Virus record (IMG/VR): IMGVR_UViG_3300035698_010479
Location: 124,001-188,000 of that record
Reading direction: 5' to 3' (one strand)
DNA length: 64,000 nucleotides
The position numbers and the translations under genes are program-made. Positions 7,969-18,243 of the stretch are shown piece by piece. The notes beneath the pieces are model-generated. The model saw only the letters and a list, made by a program, of their open reading frames with translations, was not told the DNA's origin and searched no databases. Within the stretch, counting starts at the first letter, position 1. Each line of letters begins with the position of its first letter.

Positions 7969-10728
7969 CTATAAAATTAACTGTGGAGTAATATTACTTA
8001 GGATGTAGTTGTTATGATAAACATCTCCTTCACCTACTATAAAATAACTTGGTCTAAACGGTACCTCTAAGTAGTAGAAACCTAGTTCATTTGTAACGGT
8101 TGCCCCTAGTAAATCACCATTGGTTTGATCATATACTAAAATTAATGTACTTATCGCCTTGTTATATATAGTAGTATAGCCTCTTAAGAAGTAATTACTG
8201 AAGTCTATTAGGTTATCAGTTAAGCTAGCATTCATAAATTGAATAGTGTCTTCGGATACTTGCTTAGAAAAGAAAAAAATCTCAGATATTTTACCAATAA
8301 AACCTTGTTCTGGATCACCAAGTACTATAGGTAGTGTATTAACATTTACACCAGTAGAATTTCTATACAATATGTCTCGCTCAGAATTACCCAACAACGT
8401 GTTTAAGTCAGAAAATTCACTAGTTATACCAAACGTGTACGATGACCAATTACTAGACAAGGTGTATTCCCTTAAATCTAAACTATTAGAAAGCCCGTTA
8501 TGCCTATAATCCAGTGCTAATACATTATGTGCTTTTGACATTCGTCTGAAAAAGCAATTATTATACTTTACTACAAAGTTTGAAATATACACATAAGTTA
8601 AACCTGGTGTTTGTTTAAGACTATCAATCTCTATGCGTACATCTTGAAAACTTGTCATATTAAGTGTAGCAGCATTTACCCATACAGAATTATAAAGATA
8701 AGATATCTGCATGATAGTACCAGTTACCTTAACCTTTATACTTCCTGTAAAAAAATCAACTACCCCAGCAGTTAAACTCTTACCCCATAGTGCAGTATAG
8801 GTGCCACTGGTACATTGTTGCCAATACATACTGGTCAAATTATTAGAACGTAGAATACTATATAAATAATCCCTAGAGTTATCATCAAAAATAAATCTAA
8901 CAGCTATTCGCCAAAAATCACTTAGAGTACCCCCTGTTATATTAAAATCAAAAGAAAATTCAAATTCTTGGCCCAAGTAATAAGTTGTTCTAAGTCTAGA
9001 ATCACTAGCATCGGAAAATTTTAGTTTATCACCGTCCAAAAAAGCACCGCCTACAGGCATATACCAAAGATAACTATCGGGTAAACTACCAATAAGCCCA
9101 GAAAAAGTATCACTAAAACTATCCCTAGTTATTAAAGGTGTTTCTTGATGGTATAAAGTAGTAGTAGTTTCAGAATACAAACCTTTAGTCATAAATATAT
9201 TACCTGATGTTATTGTACCAAATAGTAATACCTGTGCTGTGTTAGTATAATCGTATCTGAAAGAATTACCTAGGTCAGCATAGCTAGTTAAACTGTTAAA
9301 TTTTATAGCATAACTACCTATATTATCTGAAGTAATAGATACATCACTTAAAAAACCAACTGGTGAATTTATATCCGCAGAGTTTACATAACCGAATGAA
9401 GGGTTAAAATGATGTACTGAGCTAAAAGAGCCTTTCCAAACATATTGTGATGGGGTACTAGGGGAGTCCAAAAATACTGAATCTACGCGTAACATATGAT
9501 CTTTGCTGTTCAAACTCCCACAGTATATGATTGTGTTATAAACAGAATCACCTTTAAAAATACAAAAACCACGCGTAGTAGTTAAGTCGTAAAAACCCTC
9601 TAGACCAAATTCAGCGAATACCTTTACACCACTAAAATTTATACCATCTAAGGATTTGCAAACTTTTAAAGTTGTACCCATAGCTACAGTACACGAAAAC
9701 CACATATAATAAATATCTTTTTCAAGATGTACTCGATGTATATCAATAAAATTATTAATAGACCCTACGTCTTCTGCACGTAATACTAAATTTGGGGTAG
9801 TCCAAACTTTACCATCTAACGATTCACTGTAAAATACACTATGTTTGTAAGTATTAGCAGCTCCTATACCAGTGAACCACATTTTGTATAGTGACCCTTC
9901 TTTACTTACTGAAGGAGATCTTTTACCTGATGAAGTACTATAGGCACCTGAGATATCCAAACCATCACATTTAGTAAAATTGTACCATAACTTACCATCA
10001 ATTGATTCACAATAGTATAATTGATGCAAATAAGAAGAGTTTGATTGATTACCTGAATACCACATTTTAAACAAACCATCTTCGTATATTACAGTACCAC
10101 CTGACTTATATTTAGAAGTTTCTACAGGTAGTGGATCAACACATATTGTAAAGTTAGAAAAACTATATAAGTCGTAAGATTCACAATAGTAAATAACCCC
10201 GTGCCAATACCCGCCTATAGGTGTTTGTGTTACGTACCACAGCATGTATAAATCACCAAGCTTAAGCAGTGTCATCGGTACACCACCATATAAGTCATAC
10301 TGAGTGTTAGAATCACTTGGAATCAGTGGGCTTATAGATAAATCTCCGGCTTCTGAAATAAATGATAAATTGGGTGTATGTTTTATATCATAGTAAAAAT
10401 AGAATATATTTACATACTTACTAGATATTTCAACAGGTCTAAACCAAAAAACTGCTTTAGCTGTAACGTGGTCCCACATATCTAGTTCAGCAAATAGTTG
10501 TATTTCTTCACCATTTACTAGTTGAGAAAAAGCTACCTTAGTTCTATTAGCATAGCTACTGCCAGCTACTGACATATAAGTAAATATATCACATATATCT
10601 TTTTTAGAGAATCCAGATATGTCTGATATCCTAAATAAAATAGGTACTAAGTCAATACTTTCACCAACTCTATCTTTAGGTATTGAAAATTGTAATCTCT
10701 TCGACCCACTCCAGCCAACTAGACTCAT
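7969..10728 (-). CDS. modular virion/fibre protein: DUF2341-like N-terminus, glycosidase-like beta-propeller, lectin-like region, C-terminal beta-sandwich
   Basis: GW...VPILFRI...ELDMWD...FYFYYD (DUF2341-like); repeated blades VIYEDGLFKMWYSG..YCESIDGKLW and VSKEGSLYKMWFTG..YSESLDGKVW. Confidence 0.6.
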   Translation of the reverse strand: MSLVGWSGSKRLQFSIPKDRVGESIDLVPILFRISDISGFSKKDICDIFTYMSVAGSSYANRTKVAFSQLVNGEEIQLFAELDMWDHVTAKAVFWFRPVEISSKYVNIFYFYYDIKHTPNLSFISEAGDLSISPLIPSDSNTQYDLYGGVPMTLLKLGDLYMLWYVTQTPIGGYWHGVIYYCESYDLYSFSNFTICVDPLPVETSKYKSGGTVIYEDGLFKMWYSGNQSNSSYLHQLYYCESIDGKLWYNFTKCDGLDISGAYSTSSGKRSPSVSKEGSLYKMWFTGIGAANTYKHSVFYSESLDGKVWTTPNLVLRAEDVGSINNFIDIHRVHLEKDIYYMWFSCTVAMGTTLKVCKSLDGINFSGVKVFAEFGLEGFYDLTTTRGFCIFKGDSVYNTIIYCGSLNSKDHMLRVDSVFLDSPSTPSQYVWKGSFSSVHHFNPSFGYVNSADINSPVGFLSDVSITSDNIGSYAIKFNSLTSYADLGNSFRYDYTNTAQVLLFGTITSGNIFMTKGLYSETTTTLYHQETPLITRDSFSDTFSGLIGSLPDSYLWYMPVGGAFLDGDKLKFSDASDSRLRTTYYLGQEFEFSFDFNITGGTLSDFWRIAVRFIFDDNSRDYLYSILRSNNLTSMYWQQCTSGTYTALWGKSLTAGVVDFFTGSIKVKVTGTIMQISYLYNSVWVNAATLNMTSFQDVRIEIDSLKQTPGLTYVYISNFVVKYNNCFFRRMSKAHNVLALDYRHNGLSNSLDLREYTLSSNWSSYTFGITSEFSDLNTLLGNSERDILYRNSTGVNVNTLPIVLGDPEQGFIGKISEIFFFSKQVSEDTIQFMNASLTDNLIDFSNYFLRGYTTIYNKAISTLILVYDQTNGDLLGATVTNELGFYYLEVPFRPSYFIVGEGDVYHNNYILSNITPQLIL

Positions 10729-11111
10729 ATATCATCTCCTGTAATCGGTGAAGGTACCAATCTTTTAACTATAAGATGGTTGTATTCTATGTTATCCGAT
10801 AGTACTACAATAAAACACGTACCGCTGGTAGTAACAGGTAAAACAAAATTACCAGTCAACACATCTGATGTGCAACTACCCACCATTCTATATGTACTAC
10901 TATCATACGCGTATATTTGAGATTCTTTCGGTAAGGTTAATTCACTGACATTGCCGCTAAAATAATAATATTTAGGCGTGTAGTATACTTTTTTTGTATA
11001 TTTATGCAGTACTTCTACACTAAAACTTGCTATCTTTATTGAGTTAGCATCAATATTAGGAGTACTTTCTAGTATTTCTAAAGTATAATTTGCTATTCTA
11101 AGATCAGTCAT
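10725..11111 (-). CDS. small virion protein paralogous to the C-terminus of 7969..10728
   Basis: YFSGNV...IYAYDSSTYRMVGSCTSD...FIV...YNHLIVKRLVP aligns with YFLRGYT...LVYDQTNGDLLGATVTN...YFIV...HNNYILSNITP. Confidence 0.6.
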   Translation of the reverse strand: MTDLRIANYTLEILESTPNIDANSIKIASFSVEVLHKYTKKVYYTPKYYYFSGNVSELTLPKESQIYAYDSSTYRMVGSCTSDVLTGNFVLPVTTSGTCFIVVLSDNIEYNHLIVKRLVPSPITGDDI

Positions 11112-11113
11112 GA

Positions 11114-12766
11114 TTAACCAGATATAGTAGTAAAACCAAATTCATGGGTATTTAAAAAGATATCTTGCCACTGTTCTGTATTACCTGGAGTACTTTCGTA
11201 AATAAATGATAAATTTTTATAATTTATACTTGGAAGTAATCCTGATGTATTATATACACTGCCGCCACTTACTACAGTCGCAGCTAATTTAAAATTAACA
11301 TCTAGGTCTCTTTTAGCTATAACATTCGCACTAATTGCAAGTATATTAGGTATATTAAATGTAGTGGTAAAATCGTAACTATCTGAGCTACCTATTGTAG
11401 AGGAATATATATATTTATTACCAGCTTCTTCTGGTAATTGCCAAGATACAAAAAATTTTGGTGAATTAATATGGTACGGATCATTATTAGCTTCATATGC
11501 GGAATAGCCTAGGCTAATATATGCTACAGTAGTCTCTTTGTAATATATATTTATAATAGCTAATATACTATTACTTGTAGCTTGCCAATTAGGTAAGTCT
11601 ACTAATTCCTGCACTAAATTTTTAATATCTCTATAAGCTAAATTATCACCTTGTTTTAGATAAGTTTTATTAAATGTTGGTGTCCTAGAAGACAAATCAG
11701 TATAAGAAGTTACCTGTGCTGCGGGTGTGCCTGAAAGTTGCAAAAAAAGTAATTGTTCATTTGTACTTGGTTGTTCTGGTATATGTAACTGATTCAATAT
11801 TAAATAAGCACTTATTATTTTGGCATTTTTTGGGATGTTAATATTTGAAAATCTAAACCAAAAATAATTATTTTTAGTGTTAATATCCATGTACAATGCT
11901 GTATTACCTGGTACGGTAACACTAGTATTATTAAACAACCATAATACAGTAGAGGTAGTTGACCGCATGTAACTACCATCATCTAACCCATCATATTCGT
12001 AATAAATTCCACTATATGTGGTGGTATTCAATGGGTAAGTACCATTGAGTATTATTTCAGAATTAACACTTCCTGAATAAGTAGTTTCTGGTACAAATTG
12101 TTGTAAACTTCCAGTAGTAGCAACATTGAGAGTAGAAATAGTACAATTACCTAAAAAAGCATTATTTATACTACCAAGTGTATTTAATATGTATAAATCT
12201 TCAATATATAAAAAACTGCCAGGTGTTGAAGAACTATCTTTTTTACCAAATTTAATATTATTTACCGTATAAGGTGCTGTTGTAGCAGTAGATATATCAC
12301 TGATAGTAAATACACTACTATCGTCAATACGTATGAAAAAATTGCCACCAGTATTACTAAATTTAACTTTTATTTCTAAGTAACTCCATTTGTTTAATAC
12401 AAATATTTTATTAATACCGTAATTACTATATACACTACCGGAATACCAATGTAATCCAGTAGGTGTTACAACTAGTCTGCATTGTTCGATATCATCATAA
12501 CAAAATGCTACATAAAAATGATCTGGAACATCCAATATACGAACGTACGCAAAACCAATAATAAGCTCATCGTAGTAGTTATGTAAAGACTTCTGTAAGT
12601 AATCACCTGAAATATAAGATGGTATACAATTAGCAGCTAGTACATTACCACCATTTCTACCTAAATGGCCCTCTTTTATAAAAAAGCCACAATTAGCCGT
12701 ACGTTCTTCCCACTTCAACGGTAAATGTAAATAATTTTTAAAACTATCAAAAAATAAAATGCTCAT
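11114..12766 (-). CDS. putative virion protein with concanavalin-like and carbohydrate-binding-like beta-sandwich domains
   Basis: ILFFDSF start, NKWSYLEIKVK..IRID, YIEDLYI, WFRFSNINIPKNAKIISAYL motifs are common in phage fibre/adhesin proteins. Confidence 0.5.
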   Translation of the reverse strand: MSILFFDSFKNYLHLPLKWEERTANCGFFIKEGHLGRNGGNVLAANCIPSYISGDYLQKSLHNYYDELIIGFAYVRILDVPDHFYVAFCYDDIEQCRLVVTPTGLHWYSGSVYSNYGINKIFVLNKWSYLEIKVKFSNTGGNFFIRIDDSSVFTISDISTATTAPYTVNNIKFGKKDSSSTPGSFLYIEDLYILNTLGSINNAFLGNCTISTLNVATTGSLQQFVPETTYSGSVNSEIILNGTYPLNTTTYSGIYYEYDGLDDGSYMRSTTSTVLWLFNNTSVTVPGNTALYMDINTKNNYFWFRFSNINIPKNAKIISAYLILNQLHIPEQPSTNEQLLFLQLSGTPAAQVTSYTDLSSRTPTFNKTYLKQGDNLAYRDIKNLVQELVDLPNWQATSNSILAIINIYYKETTVAYISLGYSAYEANNDPYHINSPKFFVSWQLPEEAGNKYIYSSTIGSSDSYDFTTTFNIPNILAISANVIAKRDLDVNFKLAATVVSGGSVYNTSGLLPSINYKNLSFIYESTPGNTEQWQDIFLNTHEFGFTTISG

Positions 12767-12769
12767 AGA

Positions 12770-14938
12770 TTATTCCTTCCAAAAATCTTCTGCTTGAATA
12801 TGTGACCAATTCATATTATTATATGAACCTGGCGGCACATAAGTAAGGTGCTTAAACTTAAGATGTACATCTGTAGGTAATGGTGGTTCATAAGCTTTTC
12901 CTACTATTATGGTAGTTAGATTATTGCTACTATTAATCCTTTTAGGCGTAATAGATGCTGATAAACTCTTAAAATTATTAAGTACACCTGTTATAGTGGC
13001 TTTACATGATATGGACCAGTGCTTAACTTTATGAACAGTTATATAGGCATTCAAATCATTTGATGGATATGTAGTAGCTGATATATACGCCTCTAGGTTG
13101 GTATGCCTGCTGACGGATACTCTATCAATTAAATCATTGAGTGCTTGGTCAAATGTATCATAGTTTTTTATGTTGAAAATAAATAGCTTTTTGACTTTTA
13201 TCCTTGAATATAGTTTATTAGGATCGTTTGAAAAACCAGATACCTGCACTTTCCAAGTTCTTTTTCTATCAACCTTATAGACTTTATTTTCTTGTGGCAC
13301 AAAGAAAAAATGATAGTCTTCTTCGGAATTTGTAAAAAACATCATCTCAACGAATCGTCTCCAGTATTCTTCAAATCTATCTAAATTTACTACAACCTCT
13401 AAAGTTTTAGGATTGACCCAAGTAGGTACAGTAGTAAAGTTAGCTAACGGTTTTGCAATTATTGATGCACTTAAGTCTTTAGAATATAAAATACCAGTAA
13501 TAGTTGCTTTTAAAATATTAGTTGCCTTAGACCCTAATAACATAAACGTGTCAAATACTTTATGAGTGTTTGGTTTAAGGTTACTAGTAATATTTAAGGT
13601 AACATATGGTTGTGTTGCTTCATAAATATTTCCCACACAACTTATATAGTTAGTTTGTACATGGTTTACTACGTTTATATACGCGGATAAATCTAACACA
13701 TTATCAGCCCCGCCTGCGTACCAGCCTATAATAAAGGCCCCCAGGTCTAATCTTTTAATTGTATATAGATGGGCAGCTAAATTCACATAACTTGATTGAA
13801 GACAGTTGTAATTAATTACTGCTCTCAAATCCTTATGTTCTAAAAGTGATATAGATATGATTCTCTTTATATTAATAGTTTTTGGTACTATTTCAGCTTT
13901 TAGATCTAGATATTTACCGGTGGCATTTATATAAGCAAGAAAAAAAGACGACCCTATAGCATTTATATAGGCATTTAAATCTTGTGTATCAAGACCTATT
14001 ATACTAGCATATAAATCATATGACATATTTTGCGCCTGCATACCGTAAATATAAGCAGGCATATCTTTAGGTTTTACAGCGTTAATATTGGCTGGTAGGT
14101 CGTAAGGCTGATAACCAACTATTGTTATAGCACTTAAGTTAGCTGCAGCGTAGCCATGTAAATGGGCACTTAAATCTACAGGAGTAACACATTTAAGGTA
14201 TGCATTTAAATTTTTATATATTTTAAACGCTCCAGCGAATATAGTGGCTTTCAAATCATATACTGAAAAGGAGTGAATAAAAGCAGCTAAATCACTTATT
14301 TGCCATCCAATAATAGTAGACTTGATATCTGACTTGCTCTTAAATGTAATTTTACCAAAATTTACAGCTAAGTCTGAAGATCCTTTAAATAATACGCCAG
14401 AAATAAATGAGCTTAAATCCCTCAACTCAATGATATTTAGTAGTGCCTGTAGGTTCACCGCTGGAATGGTCTGTAATAAAGAAGATATATCATTATAATT
14501 ACTATATAAAACTTTAATTGCTGCTGGCAAATCATAAAATAAATCGGTTTCACCAAAAATGTCTGCGTGTAAATCAATAAAACCAGAAAGATTAAACCTA
14601 CCACAAGTTATAAAAGAACCTAAATCTCGTATGCCTCCAAAAACGCATGGCAGTTCCAGCACTTGTATACCATTATTACTATAACCTACAACCACTTTTT
14701 TACATGTTTTTACGTAGGTGTATGTTGAATCCTGAAATAAAGGCCATACCTCTACGGATGCTTCCAGATCCTGAGTACCATGATAGTAGAATTTAAGTAC
14801 AGATATAGCGGCTTGTAAATCACTAGTACTAAGTGCATTAGCTAAAAAATCAATATTAACAAAATCCGGGGAAGTGTAGCCTTCATCTGTAAAATTAAAT
14901 AATACACTACTACCTTTAGGTGGGCGATAACTAGACAT
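12770..14938 (-). CDS. repeat-rich putative fibre/shaft protein
   Basis: About 30 degenerate (D/N)LxAxI repeats; located in the structural block. Confidence 0.5.
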   Translation of the reverse strand: MSSYRPPKGSSVLFNFTDEGYTSPDFVNIDFLANALSTSDLQAAISVLKFYYHGTQDLEASVEVWPLFQDSTYTYVKTCKKVVVGYSNNGIQVLELPCVFGGIRDLGSFITCGRFNLSGFIDLHADIFGETDLFYDLPAAIKVLYSNYNDISSLLQTIPAVNLQALLNIIELRDLSSFISGVLFKGSSDLAVNFGKITFKSKSDIKSTIIGWQISDLAAFIHSFSVYDLKATIFAGAFKIYKNLNAYLKCVTPVDLSAHLHGYAAANLSAITIVGYQPYDLPANINAVKPKDMPAYIYGMQAQNMSYDLYASIIGLDTQDLNAYINAIGSSFFLAYINATGKYLDLKAEIVPKTINIKRIISISLLEHKDLRAVINYNCLQSSYVNLAAHLYTIKRLDLGAFIIGWYAGGADNVLDLSAYINVVNHVQTNYISCVGNIYEATQPYVTLNITSNLKPNTHKVFDTFMLLGSKATNILKATITGILYSKDLSASIIAKPLANFTTVPTWVNPKTLEVVVNLDRFEEYWRRFVEMMFFTNSEEDYHFFFVPQENKVYKVDRKRTWKVQVSGFSNDPNKLYSRIKVKKLFIFNIKNYDTFDQALNDLIDRVSVSRHTNLEAYISATTYPSNDLNAYITVHKVKHWSISCKATITGVLNNFKSLSASITPKRINSSNNLTTIIVGKAYEPPLPTDVHLKFKHLTYVPPGSYNNMNWSHIQAEDFWKE

Positions 14939-15046
14939 TAGTTATACCTTTGTCTGGATAATTACCTAAGTTTTTAATACTATGTGTATAAATGTTCATC
15001 TATATAAACCTCATATACTTAAATTAAATATTAAAAACTAAATAGT

Positions 15047-18000
15047 TTATTGCTCATCCCACCAAACTTTAATTCGTGTATCTAATTGCGTAAAACCTGC
15101 TCCGGTAGGAATGTTAGACCGGATAAAAAATGGTTTACTTTGTTGTGGATGTATATCAGGTATCTCAATAGCTGGGGCCATTATTATCCTAGTAACAGTT
15201 GGTGTAGAAATACCATCAAAATTCCATAATGTAAGTTTTACTTGGTGATATTTATTTTTAGTTAAAAAATAACCATCCTTATCTACCTCTTTCCAAGGTA
15301 AAGACAGCTGCCCACTGCCCCATAAACTCTCGTAACTCTGAGGTATTAATTTAGGCCCTTGTAGATCAAGTTGTTGATTTTCCAACGTATATGAAAATAG
15401 ATTTGGGGGAAAACAATCTGTATAACTAGATAATCCAAAGTAATCAGTATAAAACTTAGTCCAACTAACAGCACCACTTTTTAAAGGTATATATTTAACC
15501 CTTTTTAATGTGGATGAATATACAAGTACACCAAGCTCTGCACCGCTTAAGTAATCGTTATTACTTAAACCAGTAACAGTCATAGTTAGACTCCCTTCTT
15601 TGTCGTAATGGCAAACCCTTTGATTGTTAGCTGTATCTAAAGTGTAAAAGCCCCCCATTAAATCAGGTGATATAATTGTAAATGAATAACTAACTGGGAC
15701 TGTAATAAGTAGTTCGCCTGAGGAGCTATATTTTTTTATGGTTTTTTTATACACTAAATCCAGATGGTCTATAACCCAACAACTATTTTCATTCGATATA
15801 GCTATCTCGAATGGAGCTGCTATGGCAACTGTTGATACAACCTCCCCAGCTGCGTTTAAATGTACTAAAGATTTAGCTATATTATTAGTATACCAAACAC
15901 CATCTGAAATAAAATCCACGGCTAGGCCACACAAACCGGCAAGAGAAACTTCCACTATCAAATTAAATGTGCTATCAAAATGTCTTATATAGTTTAGTGT
16001 GTTGTCGTATGACCAAAAGCCTCCTGAAAAGTCAAAACCACAGTATTTAGTATTACCAAAATATGATGTTATATTTAAATTTTTAGCTGTATAAACTATG
16101 CTATTATAATCATAAATCAGCGCATATGAACCGACTGTAGAAGTATAGTATGTCATTATATAAAGTTGTTTTCCATTACGTTTATTAACTGATGAAGCAT
16201 GTAAACTTATAGAAGATGCAAAACTTACTGTTGTTTGGGTAGTAGTACTAGTTGAACTAGTGCAATCAAAATTAGTCATAGCATAGTAAGTATGAGTTGT
16301 GGCGCGCATAAGCCAAGACATCATAACTACCGGTACTGGACTAATATCACTGCTTCTAACCTCTATAACACCGTCTTGCAGGTCCTTATACTTACTAACA
16401 TTTGTTTTTCCTATTGTAGATATTGTGTCAACTTTAAAATAACTAGCTTTATTAGAATAAGGTAATGATAAAATTGGTGTGATGTAATTACCACTTATAT
16501 GAAGTAAATTAGGTATGTTATTGTTTAAAACTTGTGGTAAGTTATAACCGAAGAACGCATATTCATTAGTAAAACCACTAAGTACAATCAGAGATACATC
16601 TGCTTCCAGGCTTAAAGGAGCAAACGCATGGATCTTGTTTACTACGCCCGTTTTTGTTAAAATATTTACAGGTAGTGTTGCGACTATATCTGTATTTAGA
16701 TTGTAACTATATATTTTCCCATTATATTCAGCTGCCTGAAAATATAATTTTTCATTGAAACAACTTATATGTATATCTGAGTAAGTAAGTGATATACGAG
16801 CGCCATAATTAAAATATTGATTTGTCCATGTATTTGTGGCTATATCATACATTTCTAAGTAATAATTGTTAGCTGCACTTAAGGTCCAGCAACTATGACT
16901 AAGTACATATATACGATTACGTATGTCATCATGAACAAGTGTATTCAAGTTTTGGCTTGTCTGTACCTGAAAAAAAGCATTATCCATTACAGTTAATACG
17001 CCTGTAGTAGTATTTATTTTTGCGAATTGTCTGGCACTATCATTTTGGTATATACCATGATTTTTCAACCATATATTACCATTAAAATCAGCAACCATAA
17101 AATAATCATAGATACTTAAGTACAAGGCCACGAATGTAGTAAATGTGGTTAGATTAGCTAAAGCACCTGTAGTAGAATGCCTTAGTATAGTACGAGTTGT
17201 ATCACTACCTGGAATAAGTGCCATAAAATATACATAAGCATTATCACAACACATACTAAAAGTTGTTACATCCCAAAGAGTACTTACAAGATCTCCCCTA
17301 AAAGCCCAAACATTAGTTTGTACGTTATAGCACCATAATTTAACAACGGAACTTTGCGCTACGGTACCTTCCCAAAAAGCTACATAAAGTTTATTATTAA
17401 CTTTATCATAGGCGGTAGATTTTTTAAGACCGAAAGGTTTACTTGGGTATGTACAAGAAACATTTGGTAGCACACCAATATAATCTGGTTCTAAATTCTC
17501 ATAAGGAGTTGTTTTAGATATAACTAACGAGGCTCCATCTGATGTGCCAATGACCTTCGTATTATTATGTGTACCCCTAGACCACATAGTTTTTATAATA
17601 TCACCATCCATAATATTATAAAATGGACCTGTTTGATTTGCTGAAATATCTATATAAGCATCCCCTGGTTGCCCAGTATAATCCACACATACATAAGCAT
17701 TTGCTGGTTTATCATTAGAACTATTATTGTATATATCTAATGCTTGTAGTTCACCATAAGAACCTTCAGGTGTGTCGTTTATAAATGCGTCTGTAACACT
17801 ACCATCCTGGCCAAAAGCTATTATATTATCATTATTGAGTACCTGTAGCTCATGTAATAATATGTCTGTACCACTAACTACACATCGTACATATCTTGGT
17901 GCACTTGGGTTAGGTACTGTACCAATATAAGATGTTGCGGATACACTTTCGGTGCAAATTGTAAATTCTTCTTCGTATATATTTTTGTAAAAAAAAGAAA

Positions 18001-18235
18001 TATTTGATAACTTTGTTAAATCATCTGCGTAGAGAAGTATACTGTCAATTTTTAATCTATACCCCAAATCAATATCTAAACATATAGTGTTCAGGTTTGT
18101 AACCTGAACGCCCCCAGTGTATAAATTGTTGTCTATTAAAGAGTTTAATTCCTCTATAGTTAGTACACGATTACCAATACCACTAGTAGTATTAGAAATA
18201 AATGAACTATTTCTTATCATATTATATTTTGACAT
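15047..18235 (-). CDS. putative tail fibre/receptor-binding protein with discoidin-like N-terminus and two beta-propeller regions
   Basis: IDLGYRLKIDSI...PRYVR (F5/8-like); kelch-like blades (YDKVNNKLYV, MYDIATNTW); NHL-like blades (GVWYTN, CWVID). Likely start is MSKYN at 18235 after an AGGGG RBS; the ORF track starts at 18262. Confidence 0.55.
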   Translation of the reverse strand: MSKYNMIRNSSFISNTTSGIGNRVLTIEELNSLIDNNLYTGGVQVTNLNTICLDIDLGYRLKIDSILLYADDLTKLSNISFFYKNIYEEEFTICTESVSATSYIGTVPNPSAPRYVRCVVSGTDILLHELQVLNNDNIIAFGQDGSVTDAFINDTPEGSYGELQALDIYNNSSNDKPANAYVCVDYTGQPGDAYIDISANQTGPFYNIMDGDIIKTMWSRGTHNNTKVIGTSDGASLVISKTTPYENLEPDYIGVLPNVSCTYPSKPFGLKKSTAYDKVNNKLYVAFWEGTVAQSSVVKLWCYNVQTNVWAFRGDLVSTLWDVTTFSMCCDNAYVYFMALIPGSDTTRTILRHSTTGALANLTTFTTFVALYLSIYDYFMVADFNGNIWLKNHGIYQNDSARQFAKINTTTGVLTVMDNAFFQVQTSQNLNTLVHDDIRNRIYVLSHSCWTLSAANNYYLEMYDIATNTWTNQYFNYGARISLTYSDIHISCFNEKLYFQAAEYNGKIYSYNLNTDIVATLPVNILTKTGVVNKIHAFAPLSLEADVSLIVLSGFTNEYAFFGYNLPQVLNNNIPNLLHISGNYITPILSLPYSNKASYFKVDTISTIGKTNVSKYKDLQDGVIEVRSSDISPVPVVMMSWLMRATTHTYYAMTNFDCTSSTSTTTQTTVSFASSISLHASSVNKRNGKQLYIMTYYTSTVGSYALIYDYNSIVYTAKNLNITSYFGNTKYCGFDFSGGFWSYDNTLNYIRHFDSTFNLIVEVSLAGLCGLAVDFISDGVWYTNNIAKSLVHLNAAGEVVSTVAIAAPFEIAISNENSCWVIDHLDLVYKKTIKKYSSSGELLITVPVSYSFTIISPDLMGGFYTLDTANNQRVCHYDKEGSLTMTVTGLSNNDYLSGAELGVLVYSSTLKRVKYIPLKSGAVSWTKFYTDYFGLSSYTDCFPPNLFSYTLENQQLDLQGPKLIPQSYESLWGSGQLSLPWKEVDKDGYFLTKNKYHQVKLTLWNFDGISTPTVTRIIMAPAIEIPDIHPQQSKPFFIRSNIPTGAGFTQLDTRIKVWWDEQ

Positions 18236-18243
18236 ATATTCCC

